64,000 bases of DNA from a virus, in the IMG/VR virus record IMGVR_UViG_3300003375_000013, positions 64,001-128,000 of that record; one strand, written 5' to 3'. The notes below the pieces were generated by a model. It was not told the DNA's origin and ran no database searches. It saw nothing but the letters and a program-made list of their open reading frames with translations. This document shows, piece by piece, positions 15,982-25,171 of the stretch. Every line of letters starts with the position of its first letter. Within the stretch, counting starts at the first letter, position 1. The translations under genes were made by a program, and so were the position numbers.

Positions 15982-16095
15982 ATGAGAAAACTTATCAATT
16001 GGGTGTTAACACCCTACTTCAGATACAAAGAAAAACAAGCATTTAAGAAACGACTTAAAGAATTACGCGAAAAAGACCCGTTCATTTACAAATGA
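15982..16095 (+). CDS. 37-aa protein (not in ORF track)
   Basis: AAGGA SD; MRKLINWVLTPYFRYKEKQAFKKRLKELREKDPFIYK; ATGA overlap with next gene. Confidence 0.65.
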   Translation: MRKLINWVLTPYFRYKEKQAFKKRLKELREKDPFIYK

Positions 16096-16997
16096 AATAC
16101 TGGGGAATCAACGCTCTTAATCATGGCAGTAGCATTGCTGTTTTTAACGACAACATATATACACAATACACATACAACAGTGATACGCTAAGTATTGGAG
16201 AAATACATGATCTGTTTCGTAAACACGGAGAACCAGATCATATTTTTTGGTATGAACGGCCTTGGCTTAAGAAAGCTAGACAACTGTATGCAGGACAATA
16301 TAAAACTGCATTTGATACATCAACAATTCCAAGACTTCAACTTGCTAAGTGGGATCTAGGACATATTCCTGTTACATACACTTCGCACCACGCTAGTCAT
16401 GCTGCCGCTGGATACTATACAAGTCCCTATGATGAATGCGCTGTGATAGTATTAGATGCTATAGGCGAGTTTGAATCAGCAACAATCTGGCATGGTAGTA
16501 ACAATCAACTAAAGAAAGTATGGAGTCGTAGTTATCCAAATAGCCTAGGGTTATTCTATAGTGCTTTCACCCACTTATGCGGACTCACCCCCGTCCAAGA
16601 CGAAGGCAAATTAGAAAAGTTAAGCGCCGAAGGTAACCCTACAAAATACTATGACACAGTGAAAGATTACATAGGAAGCGATCTTATACTTACCAGAAAT
16701 CTACACCGTGGTGTCAGAGATTGGCCATATGAAATCAAAGACGAACAAGATATCAAAGATATAGCGGCAGCGGTACAGCTTGTATTTGAGGAAGAGATAA
16801 GTGGGATAGTTGGTCTAGCCCGATGGTTTATCAATTCTGATAACTTGGTATTCATGGGAGGATGTGCCATGAATCGTGGCGCTAGAAAAATGATTGACTA
16901 CGCAAAAGTGTGGACACTACCTAATCCAGGAGATCCAAGTAGTAGCATTGGAGCAGTGGCATATTATACAAAACAAAAAGTAAAGGAACTAAAATGA
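16092..16997 (+). CDS. Carbamoyltransferase N-terminal (Kae1-like) domain, NodU/CmcH family
   Basis: HGSSIA, YERP, HHASHAAAGYYTS, VLDAIGE, SLGLFY, GGCAMN, GDPSSSIGA. Confidence 0.85.
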   Translation: MKYWGINALNHGSSIAVFNDNIYTQYTYNSDTLSIGEIHDLFRKHGEPDHIFWYERPWLKKARQLYAGQYKTAFDTSTIPRLQLAKWDLGHIPVTYTSHHASHAAAGYYTSPYDECAVIVLDAIGEFESATIWHGSNNQLKKVWSRSYPNSLGLFYSAFTHLCGLTPVQDEGKLEKLSAEGNPTKYYDTVKDYIGSDLILTRNLHRGVRDWPYEIKDEQDIKDIAAAVQLVFEEEISGIVGLARWFINSDNLVFMGGCAMNRGARKMIDYAKVWTLPNPGDPSSSIGAVAYYTKQKVKELK

Positions 16998-17158
16998 GCA
17001 AAACATCAGACTTACTTAAACAAGCATTAGACAAGAAACGAGGCATCCATCATATTGAACCAGATGGAACTCCTGTAGTAGACAAGAAATCTAAGAAAGC
17101 ACCTACAATGACTCCGGGCAAGAAGCCTCCGACACGCCCAGCAGGACGCGGTAGATAA
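16994..17158 (+). CDS. 54-aa basic protein (not in ORF track)
   Basis: AAGGA SD; MSKTSDLLKQALDKKRG...PTRPAGRGR. Confidence 0.55.
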   Translation: MSKTSDLLKQALDKKRGIHHIEPDGTPVVDKKSKKAPTMTPGKKPPTRPAGRGR

Positions 17159-17172
17159 TATTAAATTTTGCG

Positions 17173-17293
17173 TTGACAATTAATTCATACTCAGCTACAA
17201 TAGCTTTGTTAGTTTAGTTGTCACCGAAATTTTGTAGAGCAAACAACACAGCGACAAATATTGGTTGACAGTTAATTAAAATAGTACTATAAT
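17173..17293 (+). promoter_or_regulatory. Tandem sigma70 promoters
   Basis: TTGACA(17173)-17-TACAAT; TTGACA(17265)-17-TATAAT. Confidence 0.85.
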
Positions 17294-17350
17294 ATTAGTT
17301 CAGTACAAATAAAAACTTTTTAATTTTAATCTTTTAAGGAAACACAGCCC

Positions 17351-18436
17351 ATGTCGGACACTCGTGAAGTAAATACAGTACAAGCCCGTCGCTCATTGTT
17401 AGCGGCATTCAAACATCAACGCCCAATTTTCTTGTGGGGCCCTCCAGGTATTGGTAAGTCAGAATTGGTAGAAGATATTACCAATGAACTTGGCGGCCAA
17501 ATGATTGACATTCGTTTAGGTCAAATGGAACCCACAGATATTCGTGGTATCCCGTTTTATAATCGTGACATTGGTAAAATGGATTGGGCTCCACCAATCG
17601 ACTTGCCTGATGAAGAAGAATCTAGCAAACATCCAATTGTTGTTCTGTTTCTTGACGAGATGAACAGTGCCGCGCCTAGCGTACAAGCCGCTGCGTATCA
17701 ATTGATCCTTAACCGTCGTATTGGCAAATATAAACTGCCAAAGAACGTTGTTATGGTAGCAGCTGGTAACCGCGAAAGTGACAAAGGTGTTACTTATCGT
17801 ATGCCTACTCCACTAGCAAATCGTTTCATTCATCAAGAATTGAAAGTAGATTTTGCTTCATGGCAAGATTGGGCTGTGTTGCATAAACAGCATAAAGACG
17901 TTATCGGTTATCTTGGTTCTAACAAACAAGATTTGGCAGAGCGTAACAACAAATCAGCTAGCCGTGCTTTTCCAACTCCACGTTCATGGAGCTTTGTGAG
18001 CCAACTGTTGTCAGATGATACAACTGACGAAGAAACGCTTACTAACCTGATTTCAGGTACAATTGGCGAAGGACTTGCTATCAAGTTTAACGCTCACCGT
18101 AAAATTTCTGGTCGTATGCCTAAGCCTGAAGATATTTTGTCAGGTAAAGTTACAACCCTTGATGTTAAAGAAATTTCAGCTATGTACTCATTGGTTATTT
18201 CAATGTGCTACGAGTTGAAAGATGCTGTAGAGAAGAAAATTGATGACAAAAAGTTTCACACTATGTCTGACTTCTTCTTTGCTTACATGATGAAGAACTT
18301 CGAGACAGAATTGGTAGTTATGGGAGCAAGGATCGCCTTGACCGTGTATAATCTCCCATTTCAACCAACAAAGTTGAAAAACTTTGATGAGTTTCACAAG
18401 AAATTTGGTAAGTATATTCTTAACGCTTCGGCTTAA
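17351..18436 (+). CDS. MoxR-like AAA+ ATPase
   Basis: GPPGIGKS Walker A, LFLDE Walker B, AAGNR, LANRF. Confidence 0.92.
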   Translation: MSDTREVNTVQARRSLLAAFKHQRPIFLWGPPGIGKSELVEDITNELGGQMIDIRLGQMEPTDIRGIPFYNRDIGKMDWAPPIDLPDEEESSKHPIVVLFLDEMNSAAPSVQAAAYQLILNRRIGKYKLPKNVVMVAAGNRESDKGVTYRMPTPLANRFIHQELKVDFASWQDWAVLHKQHKDVIGYLGSNKQDLAERNNKSASRAFPTPRSWSFVSQLLSDDTTDEETLTNLISGTIGEGLAIKFNAHRKISGRMPKPEDILSGKVTTLDVKEISAMYSLVISMCYELKDAVEKKIDDKKFHTMSDFFFAYMMKNFETELVVMGARIALTVYNLPFQPTKLKNFDEFHKKFGKYILNASA

Positions 18437-18487
18437 TCAACCGGGGTAGTGAGTTACTGGGCTGTGTTCGCACTGCCCTAGTTGGCG

Positions 18488-18512
18488 AAAGGAGCTTAGG
18501 CTCCTTTTGTTT
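18488..18512. terminator. Probable bidirectional intrinsic terminator
   Basis: AAAGGAGC-TTAG-GCTCCTTT between convergent genes. Confidence 0.75.
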
Positions 18513-19104
18513 TTGCCAATCTAGCAGCAATCTTATTAGCGATATGTTCCGGTGATTGTTTTCTTCCTTTCAATTTCTCAGATATTTTAGCATTAGTCTT
18601 ACCTTTGGCGGGTGAAACTTTACCTTTGTTATTTGATGGCTTGCCTTTTCTAGCAGCAGACAATTTTGCTTTTTGCTCTTCGCTCATAGCAATACCCTTA
18701 TTATGAGCCTGCTTGCCTTTTTTGCTATCTGATATCTGTGGTGCTTTTTTGCCACTATTCCAGCTTGGCGTACCCCTCGGGTTCTTTATTCCCTTATTCC
18801 AAGCTATTTTACCTGTAGTGCTAAATTTACCATCTGCGTTATCTTGGTTGTAACTCATGGGATCATCTTTCGCGCCAATCGCATTTAAACGAATTTCTTC
18901 TAATTCTCTTATATACAATGGTTCGCCTATAACCAAAATTTGCCTAGACCAATCTTCACAATTTTCTGCTATCATGGGCTTTACTTTTTTACTAGAGCAA
19001 ATATATCCATCATCGGGATGACATCCTTTCGCAGTACGAGATCCTTCGTACCACATTCCGGTAGATTTTTGAGTCCAACGATATAAGTAAGCAATTGTTG
19101 ACAT
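18496..19104 (-). CDS. Free-standing homing endonuclease (GIY-YIG-like plus NUMOD3 repeats)
   Basis: YLYRWTQKSTGMWYEGSR, DGYICSS, repeated WNKG/HNKG motifs; TATAAATA 7 nt upstream of ATG 19104. Confidence 0.8.
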   Translation of the reverse strand: MSTIAYLYRWTQKSTGMWYEGSRTAKGCHPDDGYICSSKKVKPMIAENCEDWSRQILVIGEPLYIRELEEIRLNAIGAKDDPMSYNQDNADGKFSTTGKIAWNKGIKNPRGTPSWNSGKKAPQISDSKKGKQAHNKGIAMSEEQKAKLSAARKGKPSNNKGKVSPAKGKTNAKISEKLKGRKQSPEHIANKIAARLAKTKGA

Positions 19105-19126
19105 AGTATTATATTTATAGTATAAT
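19098..19126 (+). promoter_or_regulatory. Sigma70 promoter overlapping an opposite-strand late promoter
   Basis: TTGACA-17-TATAAT; spacer contains TATTTATA (19112-19119). Confidence 0.8.
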
Positions 19127-19160
19127 GTGTATATAATTAACAAATAATACAGGAAATAAA

Positions 19161-19916
19161 ATGAATGTGATTCCAACTAAAGTAGTTAATTCTACATACG
19201 GCCCTATGATTATTAATGCCAATGACCAGTATATTGGCCGCAGTATTGAGCAGTATGGTTTTTGGGGGCAAGAAGAAATTGACTTAATTAAGTCAATTGT
19301 AGATGTACTACTGTTGGAAAAGCCCTGTATTAAATTTTATGACATTGGCGCAAATATCGGTACGCATACTGTGTCAATGTCAAAACTTTTCGGAGATAAG
19401 ATCTCCATTAGATCATTTGAAGCACAACGACAAGTTTATTATATGTTGTGTGGCAATGTAGCTATCAATGGACTTACTAATGTCGAATGCGAACATGTTG
19501 CTGTTGGCAACGGCGATGAAACTGCTATCAAAATTGATTTACCAGACTATCATCTGCCCAATAACTTTGGTGGATTGGAGTTGATAGCACCCCGTATCTC
19601 AGACAATCAATACATGACCAAAACTGGAAGTGAAGTAGTTGATTGTGTTACAATTGACCAATATGACGAGCCTGTTGACTTTATCAAAATGGATATTGAA
19701 GGCATGGAGCACATGGCGTTAGTTGGTGGAATTGAAACGCTAACAAAATATCGTCCCATTTGCTTTTTAGAAATGTATAAGACTGATATTGATAGAGTAA
19801 AACAGATCTTTAAGAACATGAAATACGTAGCATACACGCATACACATGATAACTGGATATTTCTTCCATCAGAAACTAATGTAAGTATTAATAACGCTAA
19901 CAAAATTGAGTTATGA
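19161..19916 (+). CDS. FkbM-family SAM methyltransferase
   Basis: YDIGANIGTH, FEAQ, FIKMDIEGME. Confidence 0.9.
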   Translation: MNVIPTKVVNSTYGPMIINANDQYIGRSIEQYGFWGQEEIDLIKSIVDVLLLEKPCIKFYDIGANIGTHTVSMSKLFGDKISIRSFEAQRQVYYMLCGNVAINGLTNVECEHVAVGNGDETAIKIDLPDYHLPNNFGGLELIAPRISDNQYMTKTGSEVVDCVTIDQYDEPVDFIKMDIEGMEHMALVGGIETLTKYRPICFLEMYKTDIDRVKQIFKNMKYVAYTHTHDNWIFLPSETNVSINNANKIEL

Positions 19917-20155
19917 GAATGGTAACTCAAAAAGCTAATCTAGGCCAAAAGAAATTTCAATTAATACCACGACTCACAGATGGCAGTTTATGCCTAATGA
20001 TTATAGATGTAATGTGGTGGATTGATAACGAGCGTGAAGTATTGAACTGGATGACAGAAATTTTACCACAAGGTATTGACCATCTAGAGGGAATGGTGTT
20101 AAAATTTGATAACGACTATGATCGTGTAAATTTTTTAATGAGATGGGGACCGTAA
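19913..20155 (+). CDS. Small hypothetical protein (F-x-L[KR]-W family)
   Basis: Ends DRVNFLMRWGP. Confidence 0.7.
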   Translation: MRMVTQKANLGQKKFQLIPRLTDGSLCLMIIDVMWWIDNEREVLNWMTEILPQGIDHLEGMVLKFDNDYDRVNFLMRWGP

Positions 20156-20529
20156 TGGATCGTGATTTAGAAGAAGATATAAAAAATGATGCAATTATAA
20201 TGGCTAAATTACAAAATGAAAGATACGCACAGAATGTATACGCAGCCATGTGTAACATGCGCTGGCAACCATATGAAGTATGGCCAGTACTCAAAGATGA
20301 GTACTGGAGTACTAGTTGGCGCGGCGCTGGTGGAATTATTGCTGATCTACGTGGGCATGGAGAAAATTACATGGACTACTACTGCTCTGGTATCATTGGT
20401 GATGATTTAGATGAAACCGATGTAAGGTACGGATTCATGCCAGAGGGTGAAGTCACAGACGAGGTTCTTGCTGATTTTGTTCGATTAGGCTGGAGACCAT
20501 TTCCGTGGCCGAAAGATGACAAAATATGA
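20143..20529 (+). CDS. Hypothetical phage protein
   Basis: YAQNVYAAMCN...SWRGAGGIIADLR...YMDYYCSG. Confidence 0.75.
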   Translation: MGTVMDRDLEEDIKNDAIIMAKLQNERYAQNVYAAMCNMRWQPYEVWPVLKDEYWSTSWRGAGGIIADLRGHGENYMDYYCSGIIGDDLDETDVRYGFMPEGEVTDEVLADFVRLGWRPFPWPKDDKI

Positions 20530-20765
20530 ATTTAGATATTATTCGTGTGCCAAAGAAATGGTATAATCATGATACCAAAGAATGGGTTGACGCTTCTGTA
20601 TATCGGATTCGCTACAGCCAAGACGTTCATGATTGGTTAATAGAAAGTTACGGAGGACCCGAAGCTAATTTGGTATCAGGTAAAGGTTGGAACATATTAA
20701 TGGATAAAATTTTTATGGACGAGACTGCTTACATGATGTATTCACTAAAATTTGGAATAATGTGA
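20526..20765 (+). CDS. Small hypothetical protein (F-x-LK family)
   Basis: Ends AYMMYSLKFGIM. Confidence 0.7.
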   Translation: MNLDIIRVPKKWYNHDTKEWVDASVYRIRYSQDVHDWLIESYGGPEANLVSGKGWNILMDKIFMDETAYMMYSLKFGIM

Positions 20766-21040
20766 ACGACGATTTATATAACTCCGCAGAAGCAAGATTA
20801 GATACTGTAGCCGGTAGAAATGCGTATTGGATACGATTAACATCTGCTAAAAAAGAATACGATATTCTGCGAGCTAGTTCGGGTGGACTAGAATTGCCTA
20901 ACTTCAGAAACTACATACGCGATGTGTATGGTGTTGAAATGGGCGCAGATGAAGACGGCTTTACTCTACCAACATACACTATCATAGACGAACAAAAACA
21001 TCTTATATTTTTATTAAAACATAGCAAACATGAAAACTAA
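20762..21040 (+). CDS. Small hypothetical protein (F-x-LK family)
   Basis: Ends HLIFLLKHSKHEN. Confidence 0.7.
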   Translation: MNDDLYNSAEARLDTVAGRNAYWIRLTSAKKEYDILRASSGGLELPNFRNYIRDVYGVEMGADEDGFTLPTYTIIDEQKHLIFLLKHSKHEN

Positions 21041-21290
21041 AATTAAACATAATCTAGTTATTTTTGAACGAGAATCAGATTGGGAAATTGTGCGAGAGAA
21101 AATCAAAAAGGATTTTGGAGCAACTATATGTGCTATTTCTTGGCGACTTAAACGAGAACTTGGATTTACTATTAGATATCACCGAGCAGAAATAGAAGGA
21201 GTCACATATTCTCATGAGTCAGTTCATCTTGATTTTTTCAACGAGTCAGCACATTCGTGGTTTGTTCTCAAATACTTAAACCTTGAATAG
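21030..21290 (+). CDS. Small hypothetical protein (F-x-LK family)
   Basis: Ends HSWFVLKYLNLE. Confidence 0.7.
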   Translation: MKTKIKHNLVIFERESDWEIVREKIKKDFGATICAISWRLKRELGFTIRYHRAEIEGVTYSHESVHLDFFNESAHSWFVLKYLNLE

Positions 21291-21297
21291 AAAATAA

Positions 21298-21585
21298 ATG
21301 GATTTTAGAATAACAAAACTTGATAAACGACATAACGGTCACTTATTTTACAAATATTCAGTGGCTCCTATATGGCATGCAGCATATACATATAATGACG
21401 CTATATATGATCAAAAGTTTGTCAATGCACGTAACTGGTGCTGGGAAACATGGGGACCATCAACTGAGTTTACTATACTATCTCGTAACGAATATTGGGC
21501 GTGGGATAGTGAATTTAAACATAGACGAATATATCTAAAAAACGACGAATCATTAATATTTTTTAAACTGAAATTCAATACTTGA
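21298..21585 (+). CDS. Small hypothetical protein (F-x-LK family)
   Basis: Ends SLIFFKLKFNT. Confidence 0.7.
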   Translation: MDFRITKLDKRHNGHLFYKYSVAPIWHAAYTYNDAIYDQKFVNARNWCWETWGPSTEFTILSRNEYWAWDSEFKHRRIYLKNDESLIFFKLKFNT

Positions 21586-21610
21586 CAATTAAATCATGTG
21601 CTACTATAAT
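21582..21610 (+). promoter_or_regulatory. Consensus sigma70 promoter
   Basis: TTGACA-17-TATAAT. Confidence 0.9.
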
Positions 21611-21640
21611 AGTTACACATTAACAACTAAGGATTACACC

Positions 21641-22912
21641 ATGGCTACTGCCGGTACTAGTGCAAACAAAAAACAAGGCGAAAGCCTTAAAGACATTTTA
21701 GGTCCGATGGATCCTAAAATTGATGCTATCGTTCGTGAAAAACTTATCACAGCTCGTGTAGGTTTATTGCTACGTGCCAGCTTTTTCGGCAACTTAGCTA
21801 CTCGACTTAAATTAGTAAATGCTGACGAGTGGCTGTCCACTGCTGCTACTGATGGTCGTCACTTTTATTACAATAGTCGCTTTATTAACATGCTACGTCC
21901 AAAAGAAATTGAATTCCTATTTGGCCACGAAGTACTGCATTGCGTATACGATCATATGGGTCGTGCTGGTAGCCGTGATAAACAATTATTCAACGTTGCC
22001 GCTGACTATTGCGTAAATGCTGACTTAGTTAAACATCGTGTTGGTGAAAAAATCACCACAGTTGGCTGTTTACATGATTCCAAATATGATGGCATGAGTG
22101 CTGAACAAGTTTATGATTTGTTACAACAAAATGCTGACAAAATCAGTATGCAAGATCTTATTGATCAATTGCTTGATGACCACTTAGATGGTGATGACGA
22201 TGGTGATGGTGGTGATGATGAAAATGATGATAGCAAAGGTCCACGTAGATTAACACAAGCCGAAAAAGACGCTATCCGTGATGAAATCAAAGAAGCGGTA
22301 TTAGCCGCAGCTGCCGCATCAGATCAGGCTGGTAATTTGCCAGCTGGCGTTAAGCGTATGATTGAGGATATGACAGAGCCAAAAATGAACTGGCGTGAAC
22401 TGTTACGTATGCAACTTGAGTCTACTATCAAGTCAGACTTTACTTGGATGCGTACTGGTCGCAAAGGTTGGGATATGGATGCTGTTATGCCAGGCATGAA
22501 ATTAGAACCTATGATTGATATTGGTATTGCTATTGATGCATCTGGTTCTATCAGTAGCAAAATGCTTAAAGAATTCTTGTCTGAAGTACAAGGCATTATG
22601 GATTCGTTTCCTGCTTATAAGATTCATATTATTACTTGGGATACAGACACCTATAATCCACAACAGTATAACAGCGATAATCTTGATACTATCTGCGATT
22701 ATGAAGTCAAAGGTGGTGGCGGTACCGATGTAGATTGCGTATTCAAATATTTCAGAGACAATGAAATTGAGCCTAAACGTCTAGTTATTTTCACAGACGG
22801 ATATTTCAGTGGATTCGGTGACGAGAATTATTGTGATACAGTCTGGATTGTTCATAGTAACCCTTCATTTGATCCTACCCATGGTGAATGGGCAGAGTAC
22901 GAACTAGACTAA
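21641..22912 (+). CDS. Metallopeptidase plus vWA domain protein (DUF2201-like), usual MoxR partner
   Basis: HEVLHC; NVAADY; IDASGS MIDAS motif; GGGGTD; FTDG; AAGGA SD before ATG 21641. Confidence 0.88.
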   Translation: MATAGTSANKKQGESLKDILGPMDPKIDAIVREKLITARVGLLLRASFFGNLATRLKLVNADEWLSTAATDGRHFYYNSRFINMLRPKEIEFLFGHEVLHCVYDHMGRAGSRDKQLFNVAADYCVNADLVKHRVGEKITTVGCLHDSKYDGMSAEQVYDLLQQNADKISMQDLIDQLLDDHLDGDDDGDGGDDENDDSKGPRRLTQAEKDAIRDEIKEAVLAAAAASDQAGNLPAGVKRMIEDMTEPKMNWRELLRMQLESTIKSDFTWMRTGRKGWDMDAVMPGMKLEPMIDIGIAIDASGSISSKMLKEFLSEVQGIMDSFPAYKIHIITWDTDTYNPQQYNSDNLDTICDYEVKGGGGTDVDCVFKYFRDNEIEPKRLVIFTDGYFSGFGDENYCDTVWIVHSNPSFDPTHGEWAEYELD

Positions 22913-22930
22913 ACTGCTGGCAATATTGCC

Positions 22931-22962
22931 AAAATGCCCCTTAACAGGGGCATTTTTATTTT
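22931..22962 (+). terminator. Intrinsic terminator
   Basis: AAAATGCCCCT/AGGGGCATTTT plus T tract. Confidence 0.8.
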
Positions 22963-22993
22963 CAGCATGATATAATGTGTATTAAATAGTTGT

Positions 22994-23212
22994 ATGGAAA
23001 ACACAACACAACCTATACAACCAATTACTGTAGCAGACCTAGATGCTCTCCGTAGCATTATTGATCTTGCAGCTACCCGCGGAGCATTCCAGGGGGCAGA
23101 ATTATCTCAAGTTGGAGCTGTCTTTGACAAGCTGACAATTTTTCTTAATTCAGTAGTAAAACAGGCGCAAGCCTCAGCTGAGCCACTCAGCGATAATACA
23201 CAAGGAGTATAA
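22994..23212 (+). CDS. Hypothetical protein
   Basis: TAAATA 5 nt upstream of ATG. Confidence 0.75.
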   Translation: MENTTQPIQPITVADLDALRSIIDLAATRGAFQGAELSQVGAVFDKLTIFLNSVVKQAQASAEPLSDNTQGV

Positions 23213-23213
23213 A

Positions 23214-23972
23214 ATGGCACAAATGATTAAGCATGTAGGGAAACACGGAGACCGTAAGGTTCTCGTATTGTACAGAGAAGTACCAAACGAAGATCATATG
23301 TGTTTGGTAGTCTATCCTGAGGTATTAAATGCCACATGGCAAGATGCTATTCAGCGAGTAGTAGAAAGTCCAGTCGGACAGAATGAAAATTGTTTAGCAG
23401 ATGCTTTGCATCGTTCATTACTTCCAGATGGTCGTCCGATTCTAGAAACATTACACAATGAACGAATGATTAAGAAAATTCGTTGCTCAGATGTTCTTAT
23501 GACCCCAGGCGGAAATGCTAAAATGCGCTTAGACGAAATGAACAAGATGGTCAATGAAATGAATAAAGGCGAAGAAGCTCGCAAGAAGATGGAAGAAAAC
23601 GAAGCTTCTCGTGGAATGGTTGATCCTTCTGTTAAACGTGCCGCAGAAGCTCGTTATAAAGATGAACAACTTGCCAAGCAAACAGAAGCGCAAAATCGTT
23701 ACATTGAACCAACAGAAAATCTTATTGCGCCAGTTGATGGTGTGTTAAGTGACCGTGCTATCGCTGCTAACATGTTGACTCAGGCTAAACGCATGGAAAT
23801 TGAAGCAACAAACATGATTGCTGAAGCTGCTCGTATGAAAAAAGATGCTGAACGCATGGTGCCTGGTGTTAATCCAGCAGAAGCCACATGGACACCTCCT
23901 GTTCCAGAAGCACCTAAGCGCCGTGGTCGTCCACCTAAAGCAGAAGCTACGGTGAGTGATGCAGCCAACTGA
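23214..23972 (+). CDS. Hypothetical phage protein with coiled-coil C-terminal half
   Basis: Long ORF, AGGAG SD. Confidence 0.8.
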   Translation: MAQMIKHVGKHGDRKVLVLYREVPNEDHMCLVVYPEVLNATWQDAIQRVVESPVGQNENCLADALHRSLLPDGRPILETLHNERMIKKIRCSDVLMTPGGNAKMRLDEMNKMVNEMNKGEEARKKMEENEASRGMVDPSVKRAAEARYKDEQLAKQTEAQNRYIEPTENLIAPVDGVLSDRAIAANMLTQAKRMEIEATNMIAEAARMKKDAERMVPGVNPAEATWTPPVPEAPKRRGRPPKAEATVSDAAN

Positions 23973-24261
23973 TGATTTGCTGAGTCAGTGGGAAATCATT
24001 GTTGAAGAAGTTAACAAAACTGATGTCCCACTTGAGTGTATTAAAAAGATTGTGTTTAAGTTAACTAATGGTAGACAACGAACAATTAACATACATACAC
24101 TCACTAAACAAGGGCTAAACATGGACGATCTTGAACAGCTAGTTGCTAGAACATTTAGTGAGCTAGACACAGAGATCAAAGATGTTGAATTTATAGTAGA
24201 CATTAAAAGTGTAGCGGCGTTGGTACAACCCGAGACAGATAAATTATTAGGAAAACTTTGA
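23956..24261 (+). CDS. Hypothetical protein
   Basis: ORF overlapping both neighbours. Confidence 0.7.
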   Translation: MMQPTDDLLSQWEIIVEEVNKTDVPLECIKKIVFKLTNGRQRTINIHTLTKQGLNMDDLEQLVARTFSELDTEIKDVEFIVDIKSVAALVQPETDKLLGKL

Positions 24262-24935
24262 AAGTAACATTAGTATCATCAAGTCAGCCCAGCAAGGAAC
24301 TAGTAGAACAGGGCATAGTAAATGCCCAAGAACTAGTTGCTTACTGTGCCAGAGTTAGCAATCCTGCTAACCAAAATAACACAGACACAAGCGAAAAATT
24401 AATACGCTATCTGATTAAGCATAATCACTGGTCACCTCTTGAGATGGTAAGCGTGTGTCTTTCTATTGAGACAACAAGAGATATCGCACGACAAATTCTA
24501 CGGCATCGTAGTTTTAGTTTTCAAGAGTTTAGTCAACGATACGCAGTCGCTGATTTAGGTTGGGAATTAAAACAACCAAGATTGCAAGATACAAAGAATC
24601 GACAGAACAGTATTGAGATTACTGGAGATAACTTAACTGAACAAAATTTAATAGAACAATGGCGTTGGAAACAAGAATCAGTTATCGCTTCTGCTCAAAG
24701 TTCATATGAATGGGCTATTAAACAAGGCATCGCTAAAGAACAAGCTCGTGCTGTACTACCAGAAGGACTTACCCTTAGTAGATTATACATGCAAGGCACA
24801 TTGCGTTCATGGTTACATTACATAGAACTACGCAGTGGACCAGAAACACAAAAAGAACATAGGGAAGTGGCAGTATCTTGTGCTAAAGCACTTGAATCAA
24901 TATTTCCCATGGTGAACGAATTTCTAGTGGCATAA
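24258..24935 (+). CDS. thyX: Flavin-dependent thymidylate synthase
   Basis: HWSPLE, RQILRHRSFSFQEFSQRY, QARAVLP, RSWLHYIELR. Confidence 0.95.
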   Translation: MKVTLVSSSQPSKELVEQGIVNAQELVAYCARVSNPANQNNTDTSEKLIRYLIKHNHWSPLEMVSVCLSIETTRDIARQILRHRSFSFQEFSQRYAVADLGWELKQPRLQDTKNRQNSIEITGDNLTEQNLIEQWRWKQESVIASAQSSYEWAIKQGIAKEQARAVLPEGLTLSRLYMQGTLRSWLHYIELRSGPETQKEHREVAVSCAKALESIFPMVNEFLVA

Positions 24936-25171
24936 TAGTACACACATTTGTAATAGGCGATGTAGAAGACCCTGATATATACGCTGCCAATCCTCTTTGG
25001 GAATGGCAAGAAAGTGAAATGGGAAAATGGGTCATGGAACACGCAATAGAACCTCCTGAATGGCATCGTATGACCGATTCATTGAGTTATGGATACCGAT
25101 ATAACGTTATTGCCAAACTCACTGAGCAAGATCAAACTTTTTGGACACTAAAGTGGAAAGATATTAAATGA
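24932..25171 (+). CDS. Small F-x-LK-W family protein with no ATG/GTG/TTG start (probable ATA start)
   Basis: Open frame IIVHTFVIGDVEDPDIYAANPLWEWQESEMGKWVMEH...QTFWTLKWKDIK; ATA overlaps the thyX TAA. Confidence 0.6.
   Translation: MIVHTFVIGDVEDPDIYAANPLWEWQESEMGKWVMEHAIEPPEWHRMTDSLSYGYRYNVIAKLTEQDQTFWTLKWKDIK

Noticed and set aside
18437-18485. Imperfect 14-bp stem upstream of the MoxR terminator
   Set aside because: Several mismatches and no recognisable motif; may simply be a 3' UTR stabiliser
1312-19104. Group I introns hosting the homing endonucleases
   Set aside because: Flanking genes are intact and the endonucleases have their own late promoters, so they appear free-standing
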